This document shows, piece by piece, positions 47,822 through 57,740 of a stretch of DNA of 64,000 nucleotides. Origin of the DNA: Myxococcales bacterium (GTDB lineage Bacteria > Myxococcota_A > Polyangia > Polyangiales > DASUME01); assembly GCA_047601445.1 (NCBI GenBank), contig JASGJH010000001.1, positions 256,001-320,000 on the forward strand. Direction: 5' to 3'. Made by a program: the position numbers and the translations under genes. The notes under the pieces were generated by a model that saw only the letters and a list, made by a program, of their open reading frames with translations, was not told the origin of the DNA and did no database searches. Numbering within the stretch: the stretch's first letter is position 1; every line of letters begins with the position of its first letter.

Positions 47822-49360
47822 ATGAAGAACACGCATGCGCACATGGGAACCAGGCTACGTGAACTGCGCGTCTCGCGCGGCCTGCAGCAGGGCGAAGTGG
47901 CCCGCCGGCTGGGGGTCTCTCCCGCCTACCTGAGCTTGATCGAGAAGGACAAGCGTGCCGTCCAGCTGCCGCTCTTGTTCAAGGCACTCGAGCTCTACGG
48001 CGTGGGCATGGAGGACTTCATGCACAGCCTGGGCGAGCGTCGCGTCGACGACGGCCTGGCGCGCTTGCTCGACGAGCCGCTGCTGCGCTCGCTCAACCTG
48101 AGCGAGGAAGACCTGGCCCAGCTCGGTTCCGAACCGCGCATGGCCACCACCGTCACCGCGCTGTTCAACATGTACAAGAACACGCGCAGCCAGCTCGACC
48201 ACATGCTCTCCCAGCTGGCCAAGCAAGAGCGCGACACCATGGGCGCGCCCGGCATCTCCTTCGACTACAACCCGTTCGACGAGGTGACCGACTTCCTCGA
48301 GGCCAACGACAACTGGTTCGGCGCCATCGAGGAACGCACCGAGAAGGTGCGCAAGGACTTCAAGCTGCCCCAGCGCTACACGAGCGACAGCTTGATCGAG
48401 GTGTTGCGCGCGATGGGCGTGGAGGTCGAGCTCGTGGCGCCGGATGACACCAGCTCGGTGGTGCGCCGCTGGGACCCCGAAAATCCGCGCCTCGTCCTGA
48501 CCTCGTCGATGTTCGAGCAGCGCCTGAAGTTCCAGCTGGCTCACACCATCGGCCTCTGGCTCATCGATCAGGAGAACCTGCACGACCTCACGACCGCGAA
48601 CTTTCCGACCCGGCACGCCGAGACCCCGCGCCTGATCAAGATTCATCTGGCGAACTACTTCGCTGGCGCCCTGCTTTTGCCGTACGGCGATTTCTTCGCG
48701 GAGGTCCAGCGCACCCGCTACGACCTCGAGCACCTGGCGAGCTACTTCGAGAGCTCGTTCGAGACCGTGGCGCACCGCGTGTGCAACCTCAACGACCCCC
48801 AGCGTCGCGGCCTGCCCATGCACTTCTTGCGAGTCGACGTCGCGGGCAACATCTCGAAGCGCTACGGCGGTCGCACCGGCATCCAGTTCCCGCACGGCAC
48901 CGGCAGCTGTCCCAAGCTGGCCGTGCACCTCTCGTTCCTCAACCCGAGCCAGATCACCAAGCAGTACTCGGTGTTCCCGGATGGCTCGGAGTATTTCTGC
49001 ATCGCCAAAGTCGTGAAGCAACCCAATCAAGGGTCCCTCGTGCGAGGCACGGTCTACGCGATTGGCATCGGCACCAACGCGGGTAACGCCAAGCACCTTT
49101 GCTACGCCGACGAGGTTCCCTTCGCCGACCCGAGCAAGATGGCCGTGCCCGTGGGAACCACCTGCCGTTTCTGCGAGCGCACGGACTGCAATCAGCGCGC
49201 GGCACCCAGCTACAAATTCGCGTTCCGGGTCGACGAGTACACCAAGAAGGACAACTTCTTCTCGCCGTTGGTCTCGAACGATCAGGAGGACGATAGCGTC
49301 CCCAAGCGTCGTCGTTCGCTGCCTGTGATCGAAGCCGACGCAGCAGACGCAGAAGAGTGA
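47822..49360 (+). CDS. Short-chain acyl-CoA regulator (ScfR/RamB/PrpR family, XRE HTH)
   Basis: N-terminal HTH, LKFQLAH, LANYFAGALLLPY, SFETVAHR, RVDVAGNISKR, CRFCERTDCNQRAAP Cys cluster. Confidence 0.92.
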   Translation: MKNTHAHMGTRLRELRVSRGLQQGEVARRLGVSPAYLSLIEKDKRAVQLPLLFKALELYGVGMEDFMHSLGERRVDDGLARLLDEPLLRSLNLSEEDLAQLGSEPRMATTVTALFNMYKNTRSQLDHMLSQLAKQERDTMGAPGISFDYNPFDEVTDFLEANDNWFGAIEERTEKVRKDFKLPQRYTSDSLIEVLRAMGVEVELVAPDDTSSVVRRWDPENPRLVLTSSMFEQRLKFQLAHTIGLWLIDQENLHDLTTANFPTRHAETPRLIKIHLANYFAGALLLPYGDFFAEVQRTRYDLEHLASYFESSFETVAHRVCNLNDPQRRGLPMHFLRVDVAGNISKRYGGRTGIQFPHGTGSCPKLAVHLSFLNPSQITKQYSVFPDGSEYFCIAKVVKQPNQGSLVRGTVYAIGIGTNAGNAKHLCYADEVPFADPSKMAVPVGTTCRFCERTDCNQRAAPSYKFAFRVDEYTKKDNFFSPLVSNDQEDDSVPKRRRSLPVIEADAADAEE

Positions 49361-49506
49361 CGACAGCCGTCTTGCGCTGAGGCAAGGCGCGCCGCGTGCG
49401 CTGCGGTGTGAGGCATCGAGGTAGGCGGGAATATCGTGGGCGAAGCGAAAGCCCAGGAGTTTCTCGCGAACGTCGTGCGGGCATGGGGCGTGCACAGTGC
49501 CGCGGC

Positions 49507-50238
49507 GTGCAAACGTCGTCGAGGAGCCTGACACCCACCTTGCTCGCGTCCTTGGGGGCTTGCTTCATCGCGTGCGGCGGTGATGCCGTGAATCCGCTCG
49601 GACCATTGGAGAGCACCGAGTCCGAGGTCACGGTGGATGGCGACGATGCAGCCGTCGAGCCCAGCCAGGCCGCGCACGACGCGGGCGGGCACGTTCCGAG
49701 TCCCATCGACGAGCCTGTGGAAGACGGAGCGGACGCCGCGACGACGATGGCGCCATCGACTTCAGCGCCGGGCGCGTCGGGACCGGCCCCTGCGAGCCCG
49801 AAGCCGATAGACGTGAGTGACGACTTCGACGTCGCGGACGTGTGCACCAGCGGACGTTTCTGGACCCGCGGCTACTCGGAGACGATGCACCCGGGCCACG
49901 CCTGTATTTCATGCCATTCAATGAACGTCAGCAGACCGCAGTTCAAGATTGCCGGCACGGTCTACCCGACTGCGCACGAACCGAACGACTGCGATGCCGC
50001 GAATCCGGCGGACGTAAGGGTGGAGATCATCGGCGCAAATGGTCAGGTCTCGGCGCTATCGGCGAACGAGGTTGGGAACTTCTTCTCACTGAACGCCGTT
50101 GCCCTCCCTTATACGGCCCGCGTAACCTCACAAGGAAGAGTGCGCGCCATGCGTTCTCCACAGCGTTCAGGGGACTGCAATGCTTGCCACACTCAACGAG
50201 GGGACAACGGTGCGCCCGGAAGAATTCTCTTACCGTGA
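49507..50238 (+). CDS. Putative diheme c-type cytochrome lipoprotein (start uncertain)
   Basis: Lipobox-like FIAC; heme motifs CISCH and CNACH flank a beta-rich segment (IAGTVY...NEVGNF). Confidence 0.72.
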   Translation: MQTSSRSLTPTLLASLGACFIACGGDAVNPLGPLESTESEVTVDGDDAAVEPSQAAHDAGGHVPSPIDEPVEDGADAATTMAPSTSAPGASGPAPASPKPIDVSDDFDVADVCTSGRFWTRGYSETMHPGHACISCHSMNVSRPQFKIAGTVYPTAHEPNDCDAANPADVRVEIIGANGQVSALSANEVGNFFSLNAVALPYTARVTSQGRVRAMRSPQRSGDCNACHTQRGDNGAPGRILLP

Positions 50239-50347
50239 CGGAGTCTGTTAGGAATCACGCGCGCACGCTCAGAAGATGTGCTTTAGTTCGCGCCCTCGCG
50301 CATCGACCGAGTCGTTCCTGGCTCGATGCTGGATTGCGGCAGGCCGA

Positions 50348-51613
50348 ATGGCACAAGATGCATCGAACACGCAGGAACAAAGCGCCGCGCGCATGGAACA
50401 GCGCGTGCGTGAGCTCGAGCTGCGACTCGCCGAGGTAGAGCGCGAGCGCGGGCTTTCGCGCGAAGAACACGCCGAAACTTGCCCCCAGTGCGCCGACGCC
50501 GCGCGCCGTGCGAGCGAGGCTGAAGCGCAGTTTCACTCGATGTTCGTCGAGGCTTTCGAGGGCTTGGCCATCTCGATCGACGGCAAGATCGTGCTCGCCA
50601 ACCCTGCGCTCGGCGCGCTCGGGCGTTGCGACCCCAGTGAAATCGTCGGCAAGACCGTGCTCGAATTGACTACGCCCGAGGAAAGCGCGGTCATCATGCG
50701 GCGCATCCGGGCCGGTGATCGGACTCCCTGTGAGGTTACAGCGATTCGCCCCGATGGCAGCTCGTTTCCCTGCGAGGTCATGGGACGCAACGTGATCTAT
50801 GGAGGATGCACTGCGCGTCTGACCACGTTTCGGGATCTTACTGTTCAGAAGAACGAAGAGCGTGCGCGGCGCCGCTTCGAAGAGCGTCTGCAGAGCGCCA
50901 AGAAGCTGGAGACCCTGGGCATGATTGCGGGTGGCATCGCCCACGACTTCAACAATCTGCTGCTCGTGATGATGGGGCACGCGGAGTTGGCCATGTCCCA
51001 GGCGGATTTGGCGGTCGAACATCACTTGCACAAGATTCGCGGGGCCGCGCAGGCCGCCAGCGAGCTCACCTCGCAGATGCTCACGTTCGCCGGACGTGGC
51101 GCCCTCGACCGCGAGCCAGTCCAGCTTGGACAGGTCGTTCGAGAAGTGGTGGAGCTCTATCAGCCTCCTCAGATGATCGACGTGCGCATCGACTTGCAGC
51201 AGGTGGCCTTCGACGCGGCGCCGATCCTCGGGGATCCGGCGCAGATCCGACAGGTCGTCCTGAACCTGCTGATCAATGCGGCGGAGGCCCTGTCGGAGCA
51301 GGGGCAGCGCATCGCGTTCCGGGTGCACGAGGTGGAACGCTCCGCGGAGGAGCTCCACGAGTTGATGGTCGATGCCAGTGCGGGCCCGGGTCGCTTCGTG
51401 CAGCTCGAGGTGCAAGACGAAGGCTGCGGCATGGAGCCCGAGACGCTGAATCGGGTATTCGATCCGTTCTTCAGCACCAAGTTTCAGGGCCGCGGGCTCG
51501 GGCTCGCCTCGGTGTTGGGCATCGTCCGCAGTCACGCCGGTGCCGTGCACGTGGAGAGCGCGCCGGGGCGGGGCGCACGCTTCTCCCTGTTGTTTCCTGT
51601 CGCCCAGAGCTAG
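50348..51613 (+). CDS. Cytoplasmic PAS histidine kinase (NtrB/CckA-like, no receiver domain)
   Basis: PAS (IVLANPA...RPDGSSFP), H-box GGIAHDFNNLL, QVVLNLLINA, DEGCGM, FDPFFSTK, GRGLGLA. Confidence 0.92.
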   Translation: MAQDASNTQEQSAARMEQRVRELELRLAEVERERGLSREEHAETCPQCADAARRASEAEAQFHSMFVEAFEGLAISIDGKIVLANPALGALGRCDPSEIVGKTVLELTTPEESAVIMRRIRAGDRTPCEVTAIRPDGSSFPCEVMGRNVIYGGCTARLTTFRDLTVQKNEERARRRFEERLQSAKKLETLGMIAGGIAHDFNNLLLVMMGHAELAMSQADLAVEHHLHKIRGAAQAASELTSQMLTFAGRGALDREPVQLGQVVREVVELYQPPQMIDVRIDLQQVAFDAAPILGDPAQIRQVVLNLLINAAEALSEQGQRIAFRVHEVERSAEELHELMVDASAGPGRFVQLEVQDEGCGMEPETLNRVFDPFFSTKFQGRGLGLASVLGIVRSHAGAVHVESAPGRGARFSLLFPVAQS

Positions 51614-51639
51614 CCTCCGCGCCGAGGTCGGTAATCTCG

Positions 51640-52821
51640 GTGTTCAAACTCGCGTTGCTGGCGTCGCTCTATCTTTCGCAAGGGCTGCCGTTTGGTTTCT
51701 TCACGCAGTTCTTGCCGGTGCTCTTGCGACAGGAAGGCGTCTCGCTGGCCTGGATCGGTCCGAGCTCGCTCTTGGCGGCCCCGTGGGGCTTCAAGTTCCT
51801 GTGGGCTCCGTACGTCGACCGCCACGGGAGTGAGCGCTTCGGGCGACGCCGCAGCTGGATCGTGCCTCTGCAAGCAGCGTCCACCATGCTCCTGCTCGCG
51901 CTCTCTCTACTCGATGAGGACGGCGGCTGGGCTTGGCTCCTCGTCGGCGTATTCTGCGCGAACCTCCTGACGGCGACCCAGGACATCGCCACCGACGCAT
52001 TGGCGGTGGAGCTGCTTCCGGAGGACGAGCGCGGTCTGGGGAACGGTGTCCAGGTGGCCGGCTTCCGGGTCGGCATGATCGTCGGGGGCGGGTTGATGCT
52101 GTGGGTGCTCGGTGAGTTCGGGCGCTCCGTGACCTTCATCGCCATGGCGTGCCTGTTGGCCCTGTGCTCGCTGCCCATCTATTTCTACCGCGAGGCCCCG
52201 CGTGCGCCCGTGCCGAGCCGCGCGGCTCGTTCGCCGCTGGCAGAGCTCTGGTACCGCCTGCGTCATCCTCGACTAGGCGGCTGGCTGGTCGTGCTCGCGC
52301 TCTACAAGGCTGGCGACGCCTTCGGCAGCGCGATGCTGCGGCCGCTCTTGGTGGACCGAGGGGGCACGCTTGCGGACATCGGGCGTCAGGTCGGGGTGGT
52401 CGGTGCGCTCGCGGGGCTCACGGGGGCCCTGGTCGGAGGCGCCCTGCTGCGGGTGCTGCCACGGGCGCTGGCCGTGGGCAGTTTCGGCGCGCTGCATGGG
52501 CTCAGTCTCCTGCTGTATGGGGTGCACGGAGCGGTCGGGCTCGCGCCGCTGGCGCTCTACGGCGGGCTGGCCCTCGAGCACTTCTTGGGCGGCATGGCCA
52601 CCGTGGCGCTCTTCACTTGTATGATGGATCGCTGCGACCCCGAGACGGCAGGCACCGATTACACCTTGCAGGCATCGTTGTCCGTGGGCGCGGGCGGGGT
52701 GATCGGTATGGGCAGTGGGTTATCTGCCGAGTGGCTGGGCTATCCGGTTCATTTCGCGCTGGCCGCGCTGCTGGCCATTTTTGGCGCTGGCGTCGGCTAC
52801 CGGTTTCTGGCACGAGCATGA
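51640..52821 (+). CDS. MFS transporter, AmpG / RhtX-FptX family
   Basis: LYLSQGLPFG, PWGFKFLWAPYVD, GRRRSW, ATQDIATDA, AGTDYT. Confidence 0.87.
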   Translation: MFKLALLASLYLSQGLPFGFFTQFLPVLLRQEGVSLAWIGPSSLLAAPWGFKFLWAPYVDRHGSERFGRRRSWIVPLQAASTMLLLALSLLDEDGGWAWLLVGVFCANLLTATQDIATDALAVELLPEDERGLGNGVQVAGFRVGMIVGGGLMLWVLGEFGRSVTFIAMACLLALCSLPIYFYREAPRAPVPSRAARSPLAELWYRLRHPRLGGWLVVLALYKAGDAFGSAMLRPLLVDRGGTLADIGRQVGVVGALAGLTGALVGGALLRVLPRALAVGSFGALHGLSLLLYGVHGAVGLAPLALYGGLALEHFLGGMATVALFTCMMDRCDPETAGTDYTLQASLSVGAGGVIGMGSGLSAEWLGYPVHFALAALLAIFGAGVGYRFLARA

Positions 52822-52861
52822 GCGCGCAGACCCGCGTGTGTGGAAGGTTCCTGGTAGCAAG

Positions 52862-54076
52862 ATGTCGCGACTCGTAGTTCTGGGCGCCGGACAGGCTGGC
52901 ATGCAACTCGCGGCGACCGCGCGCGCAGAGGGGTTTCCCGGCGACATCGTGCTGGTCGGGGAGGAGCCACTCTTGCCGTACCGACGGCCCCCGCTCTCCA
53001 AGGAGTATTTGGCGGGCAAGGCGACGGCCGAGCAGCTGCTGCTGAGAGCGTCGGGCTTTTATCGGGAACAGCGCATCGAGACCCGCCTCAACCTGCGGGC
53101 GGAACGCATCGACCGAGCCAACCAAGAGGTGCTCTTTACGGACGGCAGCCGGCTCGCGTACAGCGCGCTGGCCCTCACCATGGGCACACGCGTCAAGCAG
53201 CTCCCGGTGCCCGGCGCCGAACTCGCCGGCGTCCACTACGTGCGCTCCGCGGCAGACGTCGAGCGCCTGCAGCACGGCTTGAGCGAAGCGCGTAGCGCGG
53301 TAGTCATCGGCGGAGGTTTCGTCGGGCTCGAGACGGCGGCGGTTCTGCGCGGCTTGGGCGTCGGCGTGTGCCTGCTCGAGATGCAGGATCGCATCATGCC
53401 GCGCGTGGTCTCGCCGCTGCTCTCGGAGTTTTACCGAAACGTGCACAGTCAGCGCGGTGTGGAGGTGGTCACCGGCGCCGGCGTGACGCGCATCGAGCGC
53501 CGCAACGCGGGCGGCCTGGCGGTGCACTGCGCCGACGGCCGTGAGTTTACGGGCGACATCGTAGTGGTGGGCATTGGCGTGGTGCCGAACCAGGAGCTCG
53601 CCGCGGCAGCGGGACTCACATGCGATGACGGCATCGTGGTGGACGAGTTCGCGCGGACCAGCGATCCCCACATCGTGGCGGCGGGCGACTGCACTTACCA
53701 CCCGAACCCCTTGCTCGAACGCAGCCTGCGCCTCGAGTCCGTACACAACGCGGTCGCGCAAGCCACCACGGCGGCGCTGACCGTGTGCGGCAAGCCCAGC
53801 GCGTACGCGCAGTTCCCGTGGTTCTGGTCCGACCAGTACGAATACAAGCTGCAGATGGTGGGGCTGTCCCACGGCTACGACCAAGAGGTCGTGCGCGGCA
53901 ACCTGGAGACCGGCAAGTTCTCGCTCTTCTACTTCCGCCAGGGCCGCTTGCTCGCGGTGGACTCCGTGAACGCCGCCAACGAGCACATCACGTGTAAGAG
54001 GTTGCTCGCCGCTGGAAGGTCGCCGACTCGAGAGCAGGCTGAGGATGCTCAGTTTGATCTCAAGAGGCTGATTTAA
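52862..54076 (+). CDS. FAD-dependent ferredoxin reductase (putidaredoxin reductase-like)
   Basis: GAGQAG, PYRRPPLSK, GGGFVGLE, TSDPHIVAAGD, RLES..NA, PWFWSDQY. Confidence 0.92.
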   Translation: MSRLVVLGAGQAGMQLAATARAEGFPGDIVLVGEEPLLPYRRPPLSKEYLAGKATAEQLLLRASGFYREQRIETRLNLRAERIDRANQEVLFTDGSRLAYSALALTMGTRVKQLPVPGAELAGVHYVRSAADVERLQHGLSEARSAVVIGGGFVGLETAAVLRGLGVGVCLLEMQDRIMPRVVSPLLSEFYRNVHSQRGVEVVTGAGVTRIERRNAGGLAVHCADGREFTGDIVVVGIGVVPNQELAAAAGLTCDDGIVVDEFARTSDPHIVAAGDCTYHPNPLLERSLRLESVHNAVAQATTAALTVCGKPSAYAQFPWFWSDQYEYKLQMVGLSHGYDQEVVRGNLETGKFSLFYFRQGRLLAVDSVNAANEHITCKRLLAAGRSPTREQAEDAQFDLKRLI

Positions 54077-54256
54077 GAGGCCATCGGGGAGCGAGTTCGC
54101 GGCCCCACGCTCGCCAGCGGCCCCGCGAGGTACAACCGCGGAGCGAAGTCGATGGCGACCGCGCGCCGAAGAGGGAACCCGGAGCTACGCGCGCCTCGTC
54201 GAGGGCGAGTGGGCGATTTGACAGTCGATTGGCCTCCCGATAGAGAGCCCCGGCAT

Positions 54257-55180
54257 ATGGGAGCTTTTGCGGATCGCTTGAGCGACGCTATCGCGAGGAC
54301 TCGCGCTCCGTGCGTGGTCGGGCTGGATCCCGTGCTCGAGTACATTCCCGATGCGTTCCTGCGCGAATGTGATCTTTCGCGTGACGGGGATCTCGAGGAG
54401 CAGGCTCGTATCATCGAGGCGTACTGCTTGCTCACGCTGGAGGCAGTGCACGATCTGGTGCCAGCCATCAAGCCGCAGATGGCTTACTTCGAGATATTCG
54501 GGGTGGCCGGGATGCGTGCCCTGGAGCGCTGCATCGAGACGGCGCGCGAGATGGGCCTGATGGTCCTGTTGGACGGGAAGCGCGGGGACATCGGGTCCAC
54601 TTCGAAGGCCTACGCGGATGCCTATTTGGCGCGCACGCCTCGCCGTCCTTTCGAGGTCGACTGCCTCACGCTCAACCCCTACCTGGGTGAAGACAGTCTG
54701 GCCCCCTTCGTCGACGTCGCGCTGGCGCACGACAAGGGCTTGTTTGTGTGTGTTCGTACATCGAACCCGGGTGCAGACGTGGTGCAGAACCAGTGGACCG
54801 GCGACGGCCGTCGCCTCTACGAGGTGGTGGCCAATCTGGTCTCCGGTTTCAATGAGCGCTCGATTGGCACGAGCGGCTTCGGAAGTATCGGCGCCGTCGT
54901 CGGGGCGACCCAGGCGGACGCTGCTCACAAGTTGCGAGCCCGGCTACCAAGGACCTTGTTCCTGGTGCCCGGCTTCGGGGCCCAGGGGGGCGCGCTCGAT
55001 ACGGTACGTGCCTGCTTTGATGCACGCGGCCGGGGCGCCGTGGTGAATAGCTCGCGCGCGGTGATGTACCCAGACCGCTTTGGCCAGCCCGCCGCGGTCG
55101 ATCCGGGGGCGAGTTCTAGGGACCGGATTCGACACGCCGCCCAAGACTTTGTCGCTCAGGTCCGGGGCGCATTGCGCTAG
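54257..55180 (+). CDS. pyrF: Orotidine-5'-phosphate decarboxylase
   Basis: VVGLDP, KPQMAYFE, DGKRGDIGST, RTSNP, GAVVGAT, LVPGFGAQG, NSSR. Confidence 0.95.
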   Translation: MGAFADRLSDAIARTRAPCVVGLDPVLEYIPDAFLRECDLSRDGDLEEQARIIEAYCLLTLEAVHDLVPAIKPQMAYFEIFGVAGMRALERCIETAREMGLMVLLDGKRGDIGSTSKAYADAYLARTPRRPFEVDCLTLNPYLGEDSLAPFVDVALAHDKGLFVCVRTSNPGADVVQNQWTGDGRRLYEVVANLVSGFNERSIGTSGFGSIGAVVGATQADAAHKLRARLPRTLFLVPGFGAQGGALDTVRACFDARGRGAVVNSSRAVMYPDRFGQPAAVDPGASSRDRIRHAAQDFVAQVRGALR

Positions 55181-55342
55181 GGTGGGCCGCCGTTGACCCA
55201 GACGGTGGATCGCGAGTGGCTTGCGCGCGTACCAGGTGCGGGGTAGCTCGTGCAGACGTTTCGCCTCGGAAACCAGGTTGCCAGGCCGCGGAAAAGGCGC
55301 GCCCAGGACCGCGTTTCTCGGAAGGATCCTTACGGAATTATC

Positions 55343-57616
55343 ATGAGCACTCGAGAAGACGCGCTCGCCTATCACGCCCAGGGACGCCCGGGCAAAATCA
55401 GCGTGACGCCCACGAAGCCCTTGGTTTCGCAGCGAGATCTGTCGCTCGCTTACACGCCGGGCGTGGCCGAACCCTGTCGCGTCATCGCGGAGAACCCCGA
55501 GGCTGTCGACCTCTACACCGCCCGCCGCAACCTGGTGGCCGTGATCTCCGACGGCACCGCCGTGCTCGGCCTGGGCGACATCGGCCCCTACGCCGCAAAG
55601 CCCGTGATGGAGGGCAAGGGCGTCCTGTTCAAGAAGTTCGCGGACGTCGACGTGTTCGACATCGAGCTGGCCGAGAAGGACCCGGACAAGCTGGTGGAGA
55701 TCATCTGCGCCCTGGAGCCGACCTTCGGCGGCATCAACCTCGAGGACATCAAGGCCCCCGAGTGCTTCGTCGTCGAGCGCAAGCTGCGTGAGCGTCTCTC
55801 CATTCCGGTCTTCCACGACGACCAGCACGGAACGGCCATCATTTGCGCCGCTGCCCTCAAGAACGCGGTCGAGCTCCAGAACAAGAAGATGGAGGAGCTC
55901 AAGGTGGTGTGCCTCGGCGCGGGTGCCGCGGCCGTGGCCTGCATGGAGCTCTGGATGCGGCTCGGCGTGAAGCGCGAGCGCATCTTCATGGCGGACTCCA
56001 AGGGCATCGTGGTGGAGGGACGCTCCAAACTCAACGAGTTCAAGGAGCGCTTCGCGCGTCCGGCCCACGAGAACCAGATGACCCTCGAGGAGGCCCTGCA
56101 GGGCGCCGACGTGTTCCTGGGGCTCGCCACTGGCAACCTGGTGACGGGGGCCATGGTCAAGCGCATGGCCCCGCGCCCCATCATCATGGCGCTGGCGAAC
56201 CCCGACCCCGAGATCCCCTACGAGGAAGCTCGCGCTGCCCGTCCGGACGCCATCGTGGCCACGGGTCGCAGCGACTATCCGAACCAGGTCAACAACGTTC
56301 TCGGGTTCCCCTACATCTTCCGTGGCGCGCTCGACGTGGGCGCCCGCTGCATCAACGAGGAGATGAAGCTCGCCGCGGCCCTCGCCCTGGCCGAGCTGGC
56401 CCGCCAGGACGTGCCTGATCGCGTGCGCCAGGCCTACGGCGGTGCGGCGCTCTCGTATGGGCCCGACTACATCATCCCGAAGCCCTTCGACGCGCGCGTG
56501 CTGTACTGGGTTTCGCCGGCCGTGGCCCAGGCGGCCATCGACTCGGGCGTAGCCCGCGAGCCCCTCGACATCGAGCGCTATCGCGAGCGCCTGATCCGCA
56601 GCCAGTCGCCGACGGCGGAGCTGATGTGGAACGTGAACGCCCAGGTGAAGCGCAGCGAGAAGCGCATCGCCTTTTGCGATGGGCAGGACCCGCGCGTCCT
56701 GCGCGCCGCCCGCGTGGTGTGTGACGAGGGGCTGGGCACGCCCATCCTGCTCGGAGACCGCGCCCGCATCGAGGCCCAGGCAGCGGACCTTCGCGTGAGC
56801 CTCGAGGGGCTCGAGGTGCTCGAGTTCGCGGCGGATCCTCGCGCGGCTGAGTTCGCAGAGCAGCTCCATCGCCTGCGCTCGGACAAGGGGCTCTCCCAGG
56901 CCGACGCCAGCGCCTGGCTCAAGCAGGACCCCAACTACTTCGGCATGATGATGCTGAAGCTCGGCCATGTGGAAGTGGCCGTGAGCGGCGCCAGTCAGCG
57001 CTTCGTCGATACGCTGGGCCCGGCCCTGGCGGTCGTCGGTGCCCCGAAGGGCGAGCGCCGGGCCCTCGCGGTGCACCTGGCGGTCAATGCGCAAGGCGTG
57101 CGGCTGCTGGCCGACACCGCGCTCAACGTGGATCCCGACGCGGAGACCCTGGCGGACATCGCCATTCAGGCCGCGGACGCGGCCCAACAGCTCGGGCTCG
57201 AGCCTCGCGTGGGCATGCTCGGCTTTTCTACGCTCCTGGACACCAAGGCTGCCCGTTCGCGCAAGGTGCCCGAGGCAACCCGGCTCGTGCGCGAGCGCCG
57301 TCCGGGCCTGCAGATCGAGGGCGAGCTCCAGGCCGACGTGGCGCTCTCCGAGGAGCGGCAGCGGGCCTATCCCCAGAACAGCCTGAAGGGCCCCGCCAAC
57401 GTCCTCGTCTTCCCCAACCTCGACGCCGGCAACATCGGCTGCAAGCTGATTCAGGCGCTCGGGGCGGCTGGCAGCGGCACCCAGGTGATCGGTCCCTGGG
57501 TCATCGGGACAGAGAAGCCGGTGGCCCTCCTTACGCCGGAAACGGGCGTCGAGGAGATCGTGCACCTCACCGCGTTGGCGGCTTTACGCGTGGGTTTTCG
57601 GGCGCCCGCGGAGTAG
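55343..57616 (+). CDS. maeB: NADP-dependent malic enzyme with C-terminal phosphotransacetylase-like domain
   Basis: [73 protein letters not shown]. Confidence 0.95.
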   Translation: MSTREDALAYHAQGRPGKISVTPTKPLVSQRDLSLAYTPGVAEPCRVIAENPEAVDLYTARRNLVAVISDGTAVLGLGDIGPYAAKPVMEGKGVLFKKFADVDVFDIELAEKDPDKLVEIICALEPTFGGINLEDIKAPECFVVERKLRERLSIPVFHDDQHGTAIICAAALKNAVELQNKKMEELKVVCLGAGAAAVACMELWMRLGVKRERIFMADSKGIVVEGRSKLNEFKERFARPAHENQMTLEEALQGADVFLGLATGNLVTGAMVKRMAPRPIIMALANPDPEIPYEEARAARPDAIVATGRSDYPNQVNNVLGFPYIFRGALDVGARCINEEMKLAAALALAELARQDVPDRVRQAYGGAALSYGPDYIIPKPFDARVLYWVSPAVAQAAIDSGVAREPLDIERYRERLIRSQSPTAELMWNVNAQVKRSEKRIAFCDGQDPRVLRAARVVCDEGLGTPILLGDRARIEAQAADLRVSLEGLEVLEFAADPRAAEFAEQLHRLRSDKGLSQADASAWLKQDPNYFGMMMLKLGHVEVAVSGASQRFVDTLGPALAVVGAPKGERRALAVHLAVNAQGVRLLADTALNVDPDAETLADIAIQAADAAQQLGLEPRVGMLGFSTLLDTKAARSRKVPEATRLVRERRPGLQIEGELQADVALSEERQRAYPQNSLKGPANVLVFPNLDAGNIGCKLIQALGAAGSGTQVIGPWVIGTEKPVALLTPETGVEEIVHLTALAALRVGFRAPAE

Positions 57617-57740
57617 GTGGCGGTCGCCTGGGCGCCTGGCAGGAGCCTTCCAGGTCCCTGGCTAGCCCATGAATGGGCCAGAGCGGGAGCCTGCATGGGG
57701 CCTGTCCGGCGCTGCGCCAGCTCATGATAGAATCGCCCGC

